NCBI GenBank assembly: GCA_947493325.1
Contig: CANLQI010000001.1
Location: 1,129,375 to 1,193,374 of the forward strand
Reading direction: 5' to 3'
Length of the DNA: 64,000 bases
From: an uncultured Sphingomonadaceae bacterium
Lineage (GTDB): Bacteria > Pseudomonadota > Alphaproteobacteria > Sphingomonadales > Sphingomonadaceae
The position numbers and the translations under genes are program-made. Within the stretch, counting starts at the first letter, position 1. Each line of letters starts with the position of its first letter. This document shows positions 10,345 through 20,648 of this stretch, in pieces. The notes below the pieces were generated by a model. The model saw only the letters and a list, made by a program, of their open reading frames with translations. It made no database searches and was not told the origin of the DNA.

Positions 10345-11976
10345 TTATACCAGACGGCTTTGCTCGACCGCTGCCCTGATAAAGCTGGCAAATAGTGGGT
10401 GCGGGTCAAATGGCCGGCTTTTGAGTTCCGGGTGGAATTGTACGCCGACAAACCAGTTAAGATCAGGCCGTTCAACAATTTCTGGAAGCTCACCATCAGG
10501 TGACATGCCGGAAAAGATCAGGCCGCCTTCTTCAAGCTGTCCAATATATTTGGTGTTTACTTCATAACGGTGGCGGTGGCGTTCGCTGATTTCTTCCGTG
10601 CCGTAAACAGCATGCACATGGCTGTTGCCGTCCAGCTTGGCCGGATAGGCGCCCAGACGCATGGTGCCCCCCAAATCGCCGTCTGAAGCGCGCTTTTCAA
10701 GCCCTGCCTTGCCCATCCATTCGGTAATCAGGCCCACAACCGGCTCATTCGTCTCGCCAAATTCTGTCGTTGATGCGCCCGCAATATTTGAAGTGTTTCG
10801 CGCAGCCTCGATACAGGCCATCTGCATGCCCAGGCAGATACCGAAAAACGGCACATTATGCTCGCGCGCAAATTTGACGGATTCGATCTTGCCTTCGCTC
10901 CCGCGTTCGCCAAAACCGCCTGGCACCAATATGCCGTGCAGCGGTTCAAGCCGCGCTGCAAGTTCATCCGTATTTTCGAACATTTCGGCATCAAGCCATT
11001 CGATATTAACCTTGACCCGGTTCGCCATGCCGCCATGGACAAGTGCTTCACTCAGCGATTTATACGCATCCTGAAGACCGACATATTTGCCGACCACGCC
11101 GATGGTCACTTCGCCTTCGGGATTGCTGTAACGTTCGCTGACATCGTCCCAGCGGGCCATGTCCGGCTTGCCCTTGGCTTCAATCCCAAAGGCGCGCAGG
11201 ACTTCAATATCCAGACCTTCTTCATGATATTGCAGTGGTACATCGTAAATGCTTTTGGCATCCAGCGCGGGAATAACCGCCTCTTTGCGGACATTACAGA
11301 ACAATGCGATTTTTTTGCGTTCGCTATCTGGCAAAGGCTGTTCGCAGCGGCACAGCAGCAAATCCGGCTGTATGCCCAGCGAAGTGAGTTCCCGCACGCT
11401 GTGCTGCGTCGGCTTGGTTTTGAGCTCACCTGCCGCCGCAATATAGGGGACCAGTGTAACATGTATTAATACTGTGTTCTCATAGCCCAGATCATTGCGC
11501 AGCTGCCGGATTGACTCCATAAACGGCAGGCTTTCAATGTCGCCTACCGTGCCGCCAATCTCGCACAGTACAAAATCCAGATCATCCGTATCTGTCTGCG
11601 CAAATGCCTTGATTGCATCGGTCACATGCGGGATCACCTGTACCGTCGCGCCCAGATAATCGCCGCGGCGTTCTTTCTGAATTATGGTCTGATAAATCCG
11701 CCCGGATGTCACATTGTCGGATTGCCGTGCGGAAACGCCCGTAAACCGTTCATAATGCCCCAGATCCAGATCCGTTTCTGCACCGTCATCGGTGACATAG
11801 ACTTCGCCATGCTGATACGGGGACATAGTACCCGGATCGACATTCAGATAGGGATCGAATTTCCTTATGCGCACACGGTATCCGCGTGCCTGCAGCAATG
11901 CTGCAAGGCTTGCTGCCATAAGTCCTTTGCCGAGCGAGGAGACCACGCCGCCTGTGATAAATATATATCGCGCCAT
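10345..11976 (-). CDS. pyrG: CTP synthase
   Basis: [19 protein letters not shown]-terminus and a GATase domain with GICLGMQ. 543 aa. Confidence 0.97.
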   Translation of the reverse strand: MARYIFITGGVVSSLGKGLMAASLAALLQARGYRVRIRKFDPYLNVDPGTMSPYQHGEVYVTDDGAETDLDLGHYERFTGVSARQSDNVTSGRIYQTIIQKERRGDYLGATVQVIPHVTDAIKAFAQTDTDDLDFVLCEIGGTVGDIESLPFMESIRQLRNDLGYENTVLIHVTLVPYIAAAGELKTKPTQHSVRELTSLGIQPDLLLCRCEQPLPDSERKKIALFCNVRKEAVIPALDAKSIYDVPLQYHEEGLDIEVLRAFGIEAKGKPDMARWDDVSERYSNPEGEVTIGVVGKYVGLQDAYKSLSEALVHGGMANRVKVNIEWLDAEMFENTDELAARLEPLHGILVPGGFGERGSEGKIESVKFAREHNVPFFGICLGMQMACIEAARNTSNIAGASTTEFGETNEPVVGLITEWMGKAGLEKRASDGDLGGTMRLGAYPAKLDGNSHVHAVYGTEEISERHRHRYEVNTKYIGQLEEGGLIFSGMSPDGELPEIVERPDLNWFVGVQFHPELKSRPFDPHPLFASFIRAAVEQSRLV

Positions 11977-12084
11977 GGGAGGAAAGCGTTAGACGCAAAT
12001 CATATGGTCTGACAAGCGCCCGAATCCGGTCAAGCACATATTTTTTTTATAACCGGATTTTTTGGCTTGTTTTTCAGTATGAAA

Positions 12085-12486
12085 TTATTCGCCGGCAGCG
12101 TCGAGCGGGTCAACTGCACCTGACGTCTCTGATGGTGCTGGCGCGGTGGAGGATGTCCCCTCGCCTGCTGCTTCCAGAGGATCATCGCTGGCGGGCGCTG
12201 CTGGGGCAGTCACCTCGGAACCACCGCTGCGGTCGAGTGACTGGTCCAGACCCTCGCCCGAGTTTTCACCCACGGCAAGCATCGCAAGAGCAATGCTGAG
12301 CGCAACGAATAAAACTGCCAGTACCGCCGTTGCGCGGGTCAGCAAATCTGCTGCGCCGCGTGCGGACATAAGGCCTGATGGACTGCCACCTACGCCAAGG
12401 CCTCCACCTTCACTGCGCTGCATAAGAATAACCCCCACAAGAGCTGCGGCGGTAATAGCCTGTAAAACGGTGAGAAATAGAAACAT
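12085..12486 (-). CDS. secG: Preprotein translocase subunit SecG, with an acidic Ala/Pro-rich C-terminal extension
   Basis: ILMQRSEGGGLG motif, two TM helices, and the conserved tpiA-secG-pyrG neighbourhood. Confidence 0.85.
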   Translation of the reverse strand: MFLFLTVLQAITAAALVGVILMQRSEGGGLGVGGSPSGLMSARGAADLLTRATAVLAVLFVALSIALAMLAVGENSGEGLDQSLDRSGGSEVTAPAAPASDDPLEAAGEGTSSTAPAPSETSGAVDPLDAAGE

Positions 12487-12575
12487 CAGGTTTGATCCAA
12501 TTAAAACAGTTCAAAATGTTGCTGGCACATAGCGAGTCACCTCGCCTTATTCAACATCCATCACAAAATAAGCGT

Positions 12576-13316
12576 TTAGAGGGCAGCTTGCAAAATCGGT
12601 AGGAATTTTTCGGCTGTCAGGCTGGCGCCGCCCACCAAAGCGCCGTCGACATTATCGAGCGACAATATCTCCGCAGCATTGCCGCCGTTTACGGAGCCGC
12701 CATAAAGAATACGCATATTCTCGCTATTTGCGCCTATCTTGCTGGCCAAAGCCGCGCGCAGAGCCGCATGCATATCGGCGATGTCACTATTTTCTGGAAC
12801 GCGGCCCGTGCCAATTGCCCATACCGGCTCATAGGCGATAGTCAGCCAATCCGATGAAGCGCCATTGGGAAGCGACGCCAGCAACTGCGCCGCCACAAAG
12901 TCGATCGCATCACCTGCATCACGCGTTTCAAGCGTTTCGCCGACACATAATATCGCGCCCATATCCGCCGCTTTGAGTGCGGCAGCTTTGGCAGCGACCA
13001 TGTCATTCGTCTCATGCTGGTCCGCCCGCCGTTCGCTATGGCCAATAATGGAAAAACGTGCACCAGCTTCCTTTATCATAGCTGCGGACATGCAGCCCGT
13101 GTGCGCACCGGAAGCTTCGTGGTGTACGTCCTGCGCACCTATTGCGATATCGGTGTTAACCTGTGCAGCCCTAGCGATAAGCGTAGCTGGCGGGCAGACC
13201 GCGGACTCCACTGTTGCATGGCGTCTGCAAAAAGCGTTGATTTCGCCAATCTGCATCAAGTCGCTCGCCAAACCGTTCATTTTCCAGTTGCCGACTATAT
13301 ATTTTTTTTCCCGCAT
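12576..13316 (-). CDS. tpiA: Triose-phosphate isomerase
   Basis: VGNWKMNG, IGHSERR and AYEPVWAIGTG motifs. Confidence 0.96.
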   Translation of the reverse strand: MREKKYIVGNWKMNGLASDLMQIGEINAFCRRHATVESAVCPPATLIARAAQVNTDIAIGAQDVHHEASGAHTGCMSAAMIKEAGARFSIIGHSERRADQHETNDMVAAKAAALKAADMGAILCVGETLETRDAGDAIDFVAAQLLASLPNGASSDWLTIAYEPVWAIGTGRVPENSDIADMHAALRAALASKIGANSENMRILYGGSVNGGNAAEILSLDNVDGALVGGASLTAEKFLPILQAAL

Positions 13317-13534
13317 TATCTTCCCAATTCAATTTACATGTTAAAAATCCGCTATCAGATATGCCGCGCTCTTTCCAGCGCAGTCGCTTCATTATCAATT
13401 TATGCAGATCACTTGTTTTTAACGCGGTATGTCCATATTTTCGGCATTACCATGATGCAAGTGCTTGATGCTTGTTTCGAAGCCGCCTAAGGCCATTATA
13501 ACTGTTAAACATATAGATTTCAGGCACACATATT

Positions 13535-15475
13535 ATGATCAGTTTCTTTCGCTCCATTTTCAAATCGAAAATCGGCCTGTTTTTCACATTCGCCTTTGTC
13601 GCCCTAATCGCGGTCGCCTTTGCCAGTGCGGATATTACCGGCAGCACATTTGGCGGTGTAAGCGGCGGCAATGTGGCGCAGGTTGGCAGCGAAGATATCG
13701 CTTCGGGCGATCTGTCACGGTCCATAACCAGCGCCTTTGAAGGGGCGCGCGAAAATAACCCCACTCTTGATATGGCAACTTTTGTGGATCAGGGCGGCCT
13801 GAACGGCGTTTTGGACCAGATGATAAATGGCTATGTCATACAGGAATTCGGCAGCAAATACGGCATTGTTGCCAGCAAGCGGCTTGTCGATAGTGAAATA
13901 TCACAGATCGGCGCGTTTCGGGGGCCCGATGGCAAGTTCAGTGAACAGGTATTCCGTCAGGTCTTGCAACAGCAGGGACTAAGCGAACGCATTGTACGCC
14001 GGGACCTTAGGCATGCTTTGCTTGGCGAAAAAATGATAACACCCGTCAATTATGGGGTCCGCATTCCCGAAAATATCATCCTGCCCTACGCCTCTCTTGT
14101 TCTGGAAGGTCGCAAGGGACGCATCGCGCTCATACCATCTGCTGCATATGCAGCCAAGGATCCACCCAGCGACAAGACGCTGGCGGCATATTATTCAGAA
14201 AATAGCGAACGTTATCAGCTGCCGGAAGAACGCAAGCTGCGCTATGCCGTTTTTACGACAGAGACATTGGGTGACGCGGTCAATCCGACCGAAGAGGAAA
14301 TCAGAGCGGAATATGGCCGCCGCGCGCAGGAATTTGCCGCAAGCGAAACGCGCAGCATTACGCAGGTTGTGACCACCACGGAAGCCGCCGCAGCTGCATT
14401 GGCCGCCAAGATACAGGGCGGTCAAAGCCTGGAAGCCGCAGCGCAGGAAGTCGGGCTGTCGGCCAGTGAAGTGAATAATGTGGGCAAAGAGAAATTTGCG
14501 CGTGATTATTCCAATGCCTATGCCGATGCCGTTTTTTCAGCCTCCACAGGCACTATCACCAAACCCGCGCAAAGCCCGCTTGGCTGGCACATTGCCCGTA
14601 TTACAGGCACAAATAGACAGGATGCACGCAGCCTGGAGCAAGTTCGCGGAGTGCTCACTGCCGAACTTAAAGAAACCAAGACCCAGGAAGCCCTGGCCGA
14701 TCTGACAGAAGGTTTTGAAGATGAATTTGCAAGTGGCACGAGCCTGAGCGAAGTGGCCCGCAGCCGCAATCTCAATATCCAGACGACACCTTCACTGCGC
14801 TCTACAGGACAGGCACCCGCGCAGGCGGGTTATCAACCGGATGAAACTGTCCAACGCATTCTTGGCAGTGCATTCGCAATGGAAGAAGATAGCAGTGCAC
14901 AGCTCGTCGAACTTATTCCGGGACAGCGTTACGCGATGTTTGATGTCAGCGACATTCAACGCGCCGCGCCGCCACCGCTGGCAGATGTCAAAGATATTGT
15001 CATCCGTGACTATACGCTGGAGCAGGGTTCCAAGAAAGCAAAGGCATCGGCGGATAAAATCCAGAAGCAAGTTGCCGGCGGGAAAGCCATTGATAGTGCT
15101 GTCGCAGATCTTGATGTGAAGTTACCGGCCATTGAGCGCGTCGGCACAACACGCGCAAACATGATGCGCCCCGACAGCAAAGTACCGCCGCCGCTGGCGC
15201 TGATGTTCAGCATGGCCGAGAAAACGGCCAAGGTCATTGAAGCGCCGCAAAACCAAGGCTGGTATGTAGTATATCTTGAAGAAATTGAAAAAGGGGATGC
15301 CAGCAAGGAGCCCGAACTTGTCAAACAGGTTCAGCAGGATTTCCAGCAGGTAATCCCGAACGAATATACCCAGCAATTTATCAATGCCATGAAGCAAGAA
15401 GTGAAAATTGAAAAAGATGAAAGCGCCATTAAGGCTGTTGCTGATCAGGTTACGGGCCGGAACCGGATCAACTGA
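13535..15475 (+). CDS. PpiD/SurA-like periplasmic chaperone (peptidyl-prolyl isomerase family), membrane-anchored
   Basis: 646 aa. N-terminal TM anchor (IGLFFTFAFVALIAVAFA), then a long SurA-N-like region and a parvulin-like segment. Sits upstream of trpE, as in many alphaproteobacteria. Confidence 0.7.
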   Translation: MISFFRSIFKSKIGLFFTFAFVALIAVAFASADITGSTFGGVSGGNVAQVGSEDIASGDLSRSITSAFEGARENNPTLDMATFVDQGGLNGVLDQMINGYVIQEFGSKYGIVASKRLVDSEISQIGAFRGPDGKFSEQVFRQVLQQQGLSERIVRRDLRHALLGEKMITPVNYGVRIPENIILPYASLVLEGRKGRIALIPSAAYAAKDPPSDKTLAAYYSENSERYQLPEERKLRYAVFTTETLGDAVNPTEEEIRAEYGRRAQEFAASETRSITQVVTTTEAAAAALAAKIQGGQSLEAAAQEVGLSASEVNNVGKEKFARDYSNAYADAVFSASTGTITKPAQSPLGWHIARITGTNRQDARSLEQVRGVLTAELKETKTQEALADLTEGFEDEFASGTSLSEVARSRNLNIQTTPSLRSTGQAPAQAGYQPDETVQRILGSAFAMEEDSSAQLVELIPGQRYAMFDVSDIQRAAPPPLADVKDIVIRDYTLEQGSKKAKASADKIQKQVAGGKAIDSAVADLDVKLPAIERVGTTRANMMRPDSKVPPPLALMFSMAEKTAKVIEAPQNQGWYVVYLEEIEKGDASKEPELVKQVQQDFQQVIPNEYTQQFINAMKQEVKIEKDESAIKAVADQVTGRNRIN

Positions 15476-15480
15476 CGGTT

Positions 15481-16998
15481 ATGGCGCGGACGGAGAATCG
15501 CTCTGACGCGTTGGATGCGCTTGCAAAAGGCAACTCCGCCCTTGTGTATCGCAGGTTGGTGGCAGATACGGAAACACCGGTTTCCGCCGCACTCAAGCTG
15601 ATTGAACCGGATCGCGGTGATTTCCTGCTCGAATCAGTCGAAGGCGGCGAAACGCGTGGGCGTCACAGCCTGATCGGTCTTGCGCCGGATCTGATTTTCC
15701 GCGCTGCCGGTGATGCGGCCGAAATCAATCGCAACTGGATGCATAACACACAGGCCTTTGTGGATTTGGATGCGGACCCGCTCACTGCCTTAAGGGCGTT
15801 GGTTGCCGAGTGCATGATGCCTGTACCTGACGCCCTGCCCGAGGCGCTGGCATGTCTTGTCGGCTATTTCGGGTATGAAACCATCGGGCTTATCGAGAAA
15901 CTGCCACGTGCGGCACAATCCCCGCTTGATATCCCCGATATGCTATTTGCGCGCCCTTCAGTCATTATTATCTTTGACCGGCTGAAAGACGAAATGTTTC
16001 TTGTCGCACCGATATGGGCGACTTCCCGCGGAACGGCGAAGCAAGAGCTTGATCTGGCGGAAGAACGGCTTGATGAGGCAGAGCGCCGCCTATCCGAAGC
16101 GGTGGCCCAAAACAGCAACAATGCGGAATCCCCCAGCATATTGCCGGAACTTGAACCGGTCCTGCCTGCGGGGCGCTATGGTGATATGGTGCACGCCGCA
16201 AAAGACTATATCAAAGCCGGTGATATATTTCAGGTGGTGCTGGCGCAGCGTTTTACCCTGCCTTTTACCCTGCCTCCGTTTGAGCTTTACCGCGCGCTGC
16301 GCCGCGTAAATCCTTCACCATTTCTGTTTTTTCTGGACCTGCCAGGCTTCGCATTGATTGGTTCCAGTCCGGAGATTCTGGTGCGCGCACGCGGCGGCGA
16401 AGTCACCGTCCGTCCCATTGCAGGCACACGGCCGCGCGGGCAGAATGCCGCAGAGGATCAGGCCAATAAAGCCAGCCTGCTCGCCGATTCCAAAGAGCGC
16501 GCGGAGCATTTGATGCTGCTTGATCTAGGCCGTAATGACGTGGGCCGCGTGGCCAAGCGCAACTCTGTCCAGGTTACCGACAGCTATATGGTCGAATTTT
16601 ACAGCCATGTGATGCATATCGTTTCCAATGTGACGGGAGAGCTTGCGGATGATAAAGATGCCATAGACGCATTATTCGCGGGTTTCCCCGCTGGCACTGT
16701 CAGCGGCGCGCCCAAGGTACGTGCCTGCGAGATCATTGCCGAACTGGAATCCGAAACACGTGGTGCCTATGCGGGCGGTGTCGGCTATTTCAGTCCCGAT
16801 GGCAATATGGACAGCTGCATCGTCCTGCGCACCGCAGTCGTCAAGGATGGCACCATGCATGTACAGGCAGGCGCCGGCATTGTTGCGGACAGCGACCCTG
16901 CCTACGAACAGCGCGAATGCGAGGCCAAGGCCGGGGCACTGGGGTCAGCGGCCCGCGAAGCCATCAAACAGGCACAGGAAGCTGGGTTCGGGCAGTAA
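15481..16998 (+). CDS. trpE: Anthranilate synthase component I
   Basis: LLESVEGGE, the chorismate-binding domain, and GAYAGGVGYF near the C-terminus. Confidence 0.95.
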   Translation: MARTENRSDALDALAKGNSALVYRRLVADTETPVSAALKLIEPDRGDFLLESVEGGETRGRHSLIGLAPDLIFRAAGDAAEINRNWMHNTQAFVDLDADPLTALRALVAECMMPVPDALPEALACLVGYFGYETIGLIEKLPRAAQSPLDIPDMLFARPSVIIIFDRLKDEMFLVAPIWATSRGTAKQELDLAEERLDEAERRLSEAVAQNSNNAESPSILPELEPVLPAGRYGDMVHAAKDYIKAGDIFQVVLAQRFTLPFTLPPFELYRALRRVNPSPFLFFLDLPGFALIGSSPEILVRARGGEVTVRPIAGTRPRGQNAAEDQANKASLLADSKERAEHLMLLDLGRNDVGRVAKRNSVQVTDSYMVEFYSHVMHIVSNVTGELADDKDAIDALFAGFPAGTVSGAPKVRACEIIAELESETRGAYAGGVGYFSPDGNMDSCIVLRTAVVKDGTMHVQAGAGIVADSDPAYEQRECEAKAGALGSAAREAIKQAQEAGFGQ

Positions 16999-17003
16999 AA
17001 AGC

Positions 17004-17306
17004 CTATTCCAGCAGCTTTGGCGCTTCTTTCTGCATCTTTTCCTTGATCTTATTGGCAAACATCGCGAGCAGCGGTGGCAATTCAAAAACGGCATCTATA
17101 TGTTCGTCCTTGATATCCATGCTACAGGTAATGTGCTGGCCCATGGCATCCAGCGTGAAATGCAGTGCATCGCCCTCCCAATGCTGTTCGCTCATCTGTG
17201 CACCGGGAATAGCGCTTTCCAGCTTATATATACCGCCTTCAATGCGGCTCTTTGCTTCTGTACGGCCCAGTTTATGGGGGATGGTGACGGATACGGGTTC
17301 GGACAT
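17004..17306 (-). CDS. Putative polyhydroxyalkanoic acid system protein (PHA_gran_rgn-like), 100 aa
   Basis: The pattern VTIPHKLGRTEAKSRIEGG ... WEGD ... F ... AMGQ ... LP.LLAMFA.KI matches my recollection of this small conserved family. Assigned from memory, not from a search. Confidence 0.5.
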   Translation of the reverse strand: MSEPVSVTIPHKLGRTEAKSRIEGGIYKLESAIPGAQMSEQHWEGDALHFTLDAMGQHITCSMDIKDEHIDAVFELPPLLAMFANKIKEKMQKEAPKLLE

Positions 17307-17389
17307 TACCGGATATACCTTTCATGAAATAACGGCTTCATGCGCCTTAACGCTTGGCCTTGATACAAATATTGATTACGCACTACCAC

Positions 17390-17995
17390 ATGATCCTTGT
17401 CATCGACAATTATGATAGCTTCACATTTAACCTGGTCCATTATCTGATGGAATTGGGCGCAGACGTGCAGGTGGAGCGTAATGATGCGCTCAGCGTGGAT
17501 GAGGCCATGCGCAGCGGCGCTGCGGCCTATTTGATCTCACCTGGCCCCTGTACCCCGAACGAGGCGGGTATCAGCCTTGATCTTGCTTCGGCATGTGCCG
17601 ATGCGGCCAAACCGCTGCTCGGTGTATGTCTTGGCCATCAGGCGATTGGCCAGCATTTTGGCGGAAAAGTAACGCAGGGCGGCCTGATGCATGGTAAAAC
17701 ATCGCCTGTGACTCACGATAACAGCGGTGTTTTCGGCGGTCTGCCCTCTCCCTATACCGCGACACGATACCATTCGCTTATCGTCGAAGATATTCCGGAT
17801 AGCCTGATTGTGAACGCATCGGCTGACGATGGCTCTATCATGGGGTTCAGGCACGAAAGCCTGCCCATTCATGGCGTGCAGTTTCACCCCGAAAGTATCG
17901 CCACTGAATATGGCCATGCCCTGCTGGCCAATTTCATGCGTATTGCGGGGCTGGATGTTGCCGATGTTCCGCAAAAATCGGCTCTGTCTGCATAA
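17390..17995 (+). CDS. trpG: Anthranilate synthase component II (glutamine amidotransferase)
   Basis: [22 protein letters not shown] and GVQFHPES. I trimmed the start to the ATG at 17390. Confidence 0.9.
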   Translation: MILVIDNYDSFTFNLVHYLMELGADVQVERNDALSVDEAMRSGAAAYLISPGPCTPNEAGISLDLASACADAAKPLLGVCLGHQAIGQHFGGKVTQGGLMHGKTSPVTHDNSGVFGGLPSPYTATRYHSLIVEDIPDSLIVNASADDGSIMGFRHESLPIHGVQFHPESIATEYGHALLANFMRIAGLDVADVPQKSALSA

Positions 17996-18018
17996 ACTAT
18001 GGCAACGCGTCGCATAAT

Positions 18019-19026
18019 ATGCTTCACAGCATTTCCATGACACAGCTTCCCGATCCCCGATCCCCCCTTTCGCATGATGATGCCAATGCCGCTTTTGCCG
18101 CGATACTCGATGGCACCGTGGGCGATGATGATATTGCGCATTTCCTGGTGGCACTTTCCGATCGCGGTGAAACAGCGACGGAAATCGCCGCCGCCGCTGC
18201 CGCTCTTCGTGCCAGGCTTATCCCCATTAAAGCTCCGGAAAATGCCATCGACGTGTGCGGAACAGGCGGTGATGGACACCATACCCTGAATGTCTCAACT
18301 GCTGTTTCGCTGGTTGTTGCAGCATGTGAGGTTCCGGTTGCAAAGCACGGAAATCGCGCCGCTTCTTCCAAAGCAGGTGCAGCTGATACATTGGAAGCGC
18401 TTGGACTCGATATGCGGATTGCCGGTGAAAAAGCAGAGGAAACGCTTGCTGACCTTGGCATATGCTTTCTGTTCGCCGCAAACCATCATCCCGCAATGCG
18501 GCGCATTCAGCCCATCCGCAAGGAAATAGGCAAGCGCACGATCTTCAACCTGATGGGGCCGCTGGCCAATCCCGCAGGAGTAAAGCGCCAGCTTATCGGT
18601 ATTGCCCGCCCCGGCTATGTGCACGTCTATGCAGAGGCGCTGGCTACGCTTGGTACGGAGCGCGCCATGATTGTATCGGGTGATGAAGGACTCGACGAAC
18701 TGTCACTGGCAGGCGGCAATGAAGTCGCGGATATTCATGACGCAACGGTTCTGATGAAAAGGTTTGATCCCGCCGATGCGGGCCTCAGCACATACCCGGT
18801 ACCCGCCATTCGCGGCGGTGACGCGCAGTATAACGCGGCGGCGCTCAAACGGTTGCTGCAAGGCGAAAAGGGGGCCTATCGCGATGCCGTGCTGTTCAAT
18901 TCCGCCGCATCGTTAATGGTTGCAGGTGAAGTCGATAATTTACAGGACGGCGTGGAAGAAGCGGCAGAGGCGCTGGACAAAGGATTGGCCAATGCCCTGC
19001 TCGAATGCTGGATAGCATATAAGTGA
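18019..19026 (+). CDS. trpD: Anthranilate phosphoribosyltransferase
   Basis: CGTGGDG and KHGNRAASS motifs. An alternative ATG lies at 18037. Confidence 0.95.
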   Translation: MLHSISMTQLPDPRSPLSHDDANAAFAAILDGTVGDDDIAHFLVALSDRGETATEIAAAAAALRARLIPIKAPENAIDVCGTGGDGHHTLNVSTAVSLVVAACEVPVAKHGNRAASSKAGAADTLEALGLDMRIAGEKAEETLADLGICFLFAANHHPAMRRIQPIRKEIGKRTIFNLMGPLANPAGVKRQLIGIARPGYVHVYAEALATLGTERAMIVSGDEGLDELSLAGGNEVADIHDATVLMKRFDPADAGLSTYPVPAIRGGDAQYNAAALKRLLQGEKGAYRDAVLFNSAASLMVAGEVDNLQDGVEEAAEALDKGLANALLECWIAYK

Positions 19027-19823
19027 CGGCCGCTCCGGATAAATTGACCGAGATATGCGACGCAAAACGTGCAGAGGTGGCCAAACGCAAGTCACAGTCC
19101 AGCCTGTCCGATCTGGAACAAACCGCGGCACAGCAGACACCGCCGCGCGGTTTTGAAGCGGCGCTGCGTGCAAAATCCGAAACCGGTTTCGGCCTGATCG
19201 CGGAAATAAAGCGTGCCAGCCCTTCCAAGGGACTGATCCGCGTAGATTTTGACCCGCCATCGCACGCACGCGCCTACGAAGCGGGAGGTGCAGCCTGTCT
19301 CTCCGTTTTAACCGATACGCCATATTTTCAGGGCGAAGACGCGTTCCTTATCGAGGCACGGGAGGCCTGCACCCTGCCCTGTCTGCGCAAGGATTTTATG
19401 GTGGACCCGTGGCAGGTTATGGAGGCACGCAGCCTGGGCGCGGATGCGATACTCATCATTATGGCGGCACTTGATGATGGCCTGGCGGCAGAGATTGAAG
19501 CGGCAGCGCTTTCGCTGGGCATGGATGCCCTTATTGAAGTGCACGATAAAACTGAAATGGAGCGCGCATTGCGCCTGAAATCCAGGCTGATCGGTGTGAA
19601 TAACCGTGACTTGCGCAATTTTACAACGGACCTTGGTGTAACGGAAGCATTGGCCGATATGGCTCCGGCTGATGTGCTGCTGGTATCCGAAAGCGGTATC
19701 AATACGCATCAGGATTGTCAGCGTTTGAGCAAGAGCCATGTCCGCAATTTCCTCGTCGGTGAATCGCTGATGCGCCAAGACGATGTAGAAGCCGCCACTC
19801 GCAAGCTATTGACCGGGACATAA
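19023..19823 (+). CDS. trpC: Indole-3-glycerol phosphate synthase
   Basis: [17 protein letters not shown] and IGVNNRDL. Overlaps trpD by 4 nt. Confidence 0.95.
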   Translation: MTAAPDKLTEICDAKRAEVAKRKSQSSLSDLEQTAAQQTPPRGFEAALRAKSETGFGLIAEIKRASPSKGLIRVDFDPPSHARAYEAGGAACLSVLTDTPYFQGEDAFLIEAREACTLPCLRKDFMVDPWQVMEARSLGADAILIIMAALDDGLAAEIEAAALSLGMDALIEVHDKTEMERALRLKSRLIGVNNRDLRNFTTDLGVTEALADMAPADVLLVSESGINTHQDCQRLSKSHVRNFLVGESLMRQDDVEAATRKLLTGT

Positions 19824-19832
19824 AGAGAACAG

Positions 19833-19861
19833 TTGACATAACCTGTTTTGTTTCGTAATTG
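19833..19861 (+). promoter_or_regulatory. Candidate lexA promoter (TTGACA-N17-TAATTG)
   Basis: Perfect -35 hexamer at 19833-19838 and a weak -10 at 19856-19861 that abuts the SOS box. Confidence 0.35.
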
Positions 19862-19875
19862 TTCCGCATTCGTTC
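19861..19875 (+). promoter_or_regulatory. Alphaproteobacterial LexA operator (SOS box), GTTC-N7-GTTC
   Basis: GTTCCGCATTCGTTC, 17 nt upstream of the lexA ATG. Matches the direct-repeat LexA box described for alphaproteobacteria. Confidence 0.8.
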
Positions 19876-19891
19876 ACGGCGGAGTATTGAT

Positions 19892-20590
19892 ATGCTTACG
19901 AAAAAACAACATGAGCTTATTTCTTTCATTCAGCAAAGGCTGGAAGATACCGGCATTTCTCCTTCATTTGAGGAAATGAAGGATGCACTCGACCTGAAAT
20001 CCAAATCCGGTGTGCACCGGCTGGTAAGCGCATTGGAAGAACGCGGCTTTATTCGCCGCCTGCCCAATCGTGCACGCGCTCTGGAAGTCCTGAAACTGCC
20101 TGAAGCGATTATGAAATCCTCCGCAAATGCCGGCAATGTTTCCGGTTCAGCTTCCATATCGAATATAACGGATGCAAAACTGGCCTCCGCGCCGCAAGCT
20201 GACAATGACATCATGGAGATACCCTTGCATGGCCGGATTGCTGCAGGTGTGCCGATTGAGGCCATTGAAGGCCAGTCTGCCCTTTCCGTACCATCCGCAT
20301 TGCTGGGCTCTGGCGAGCATTATGCACTGGAAGTATCCGGCGATTCCATGGTGGATGCCGGCATATTGGATGGCGACTTTGCGCTTATCAAACGCGCGAA
20401 TACTGCGCGCGACGGTGAGATTATCGTGGCTCTGGTACGCGGTGAAGAAGCGACATTGAAATATCTGCGCCGTGAAAACCAGATGGTGCGCCTGGATCCT
20501 GCAAATCCCGCCTATGAACCGCAGCTTTACGAGGCGGGGGAAGTCGAGGTGCAGGGCAAATTGGCTGGCCTGCTTCGGCGCTATCACTGA
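19892..20590 (+). CDS. lexA: LexA repressor
   Basis: Winged-HTH N-terminus ([13 protein letters not shown]), a cleavage-site region ([12 protein letters not shown]) and a peptidase S24 domain ([11 protein letters not shown]). ATG at 19892, preceded by GGAG. Confidence 0.95.
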   Translation: MLTKKQHELISFIQQRLEDTGISPSFEEMKDALDLKSKSGVHRLVSALEERGFIRRLPNRARALEVLKLPEAIMKSSANAGNVSGSASISNITDAKLASAPQADNDIMEIPLHGRIAAGVPIEAIEGQSALSVPSALLGSGEHYALEVSGDSMVDAGILDGDFALIKRANTARDGEIIVALVRGEEATLKYLRRENQMVRLDPANPAYEPQLYEAGEVEVQGKLAGLLRRYH

Positions 20591-20648
20591 TCTCATATCG
20601 GAAAGCGGAACTTTGCGTCTACTGCGCACAGGCGCTGTATTTCCACAA

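Noticed and set aside
12030-12075. AATCCGGT ... ACCGGATT inverted repeat followed by a T-run, between pyrG and secG.
   Set aside because: The loop is about 21 nt, and the T-run is on the plus strand, where there is no upstream gene. On the secG strand no U-run follows. I do not call it a terminator.
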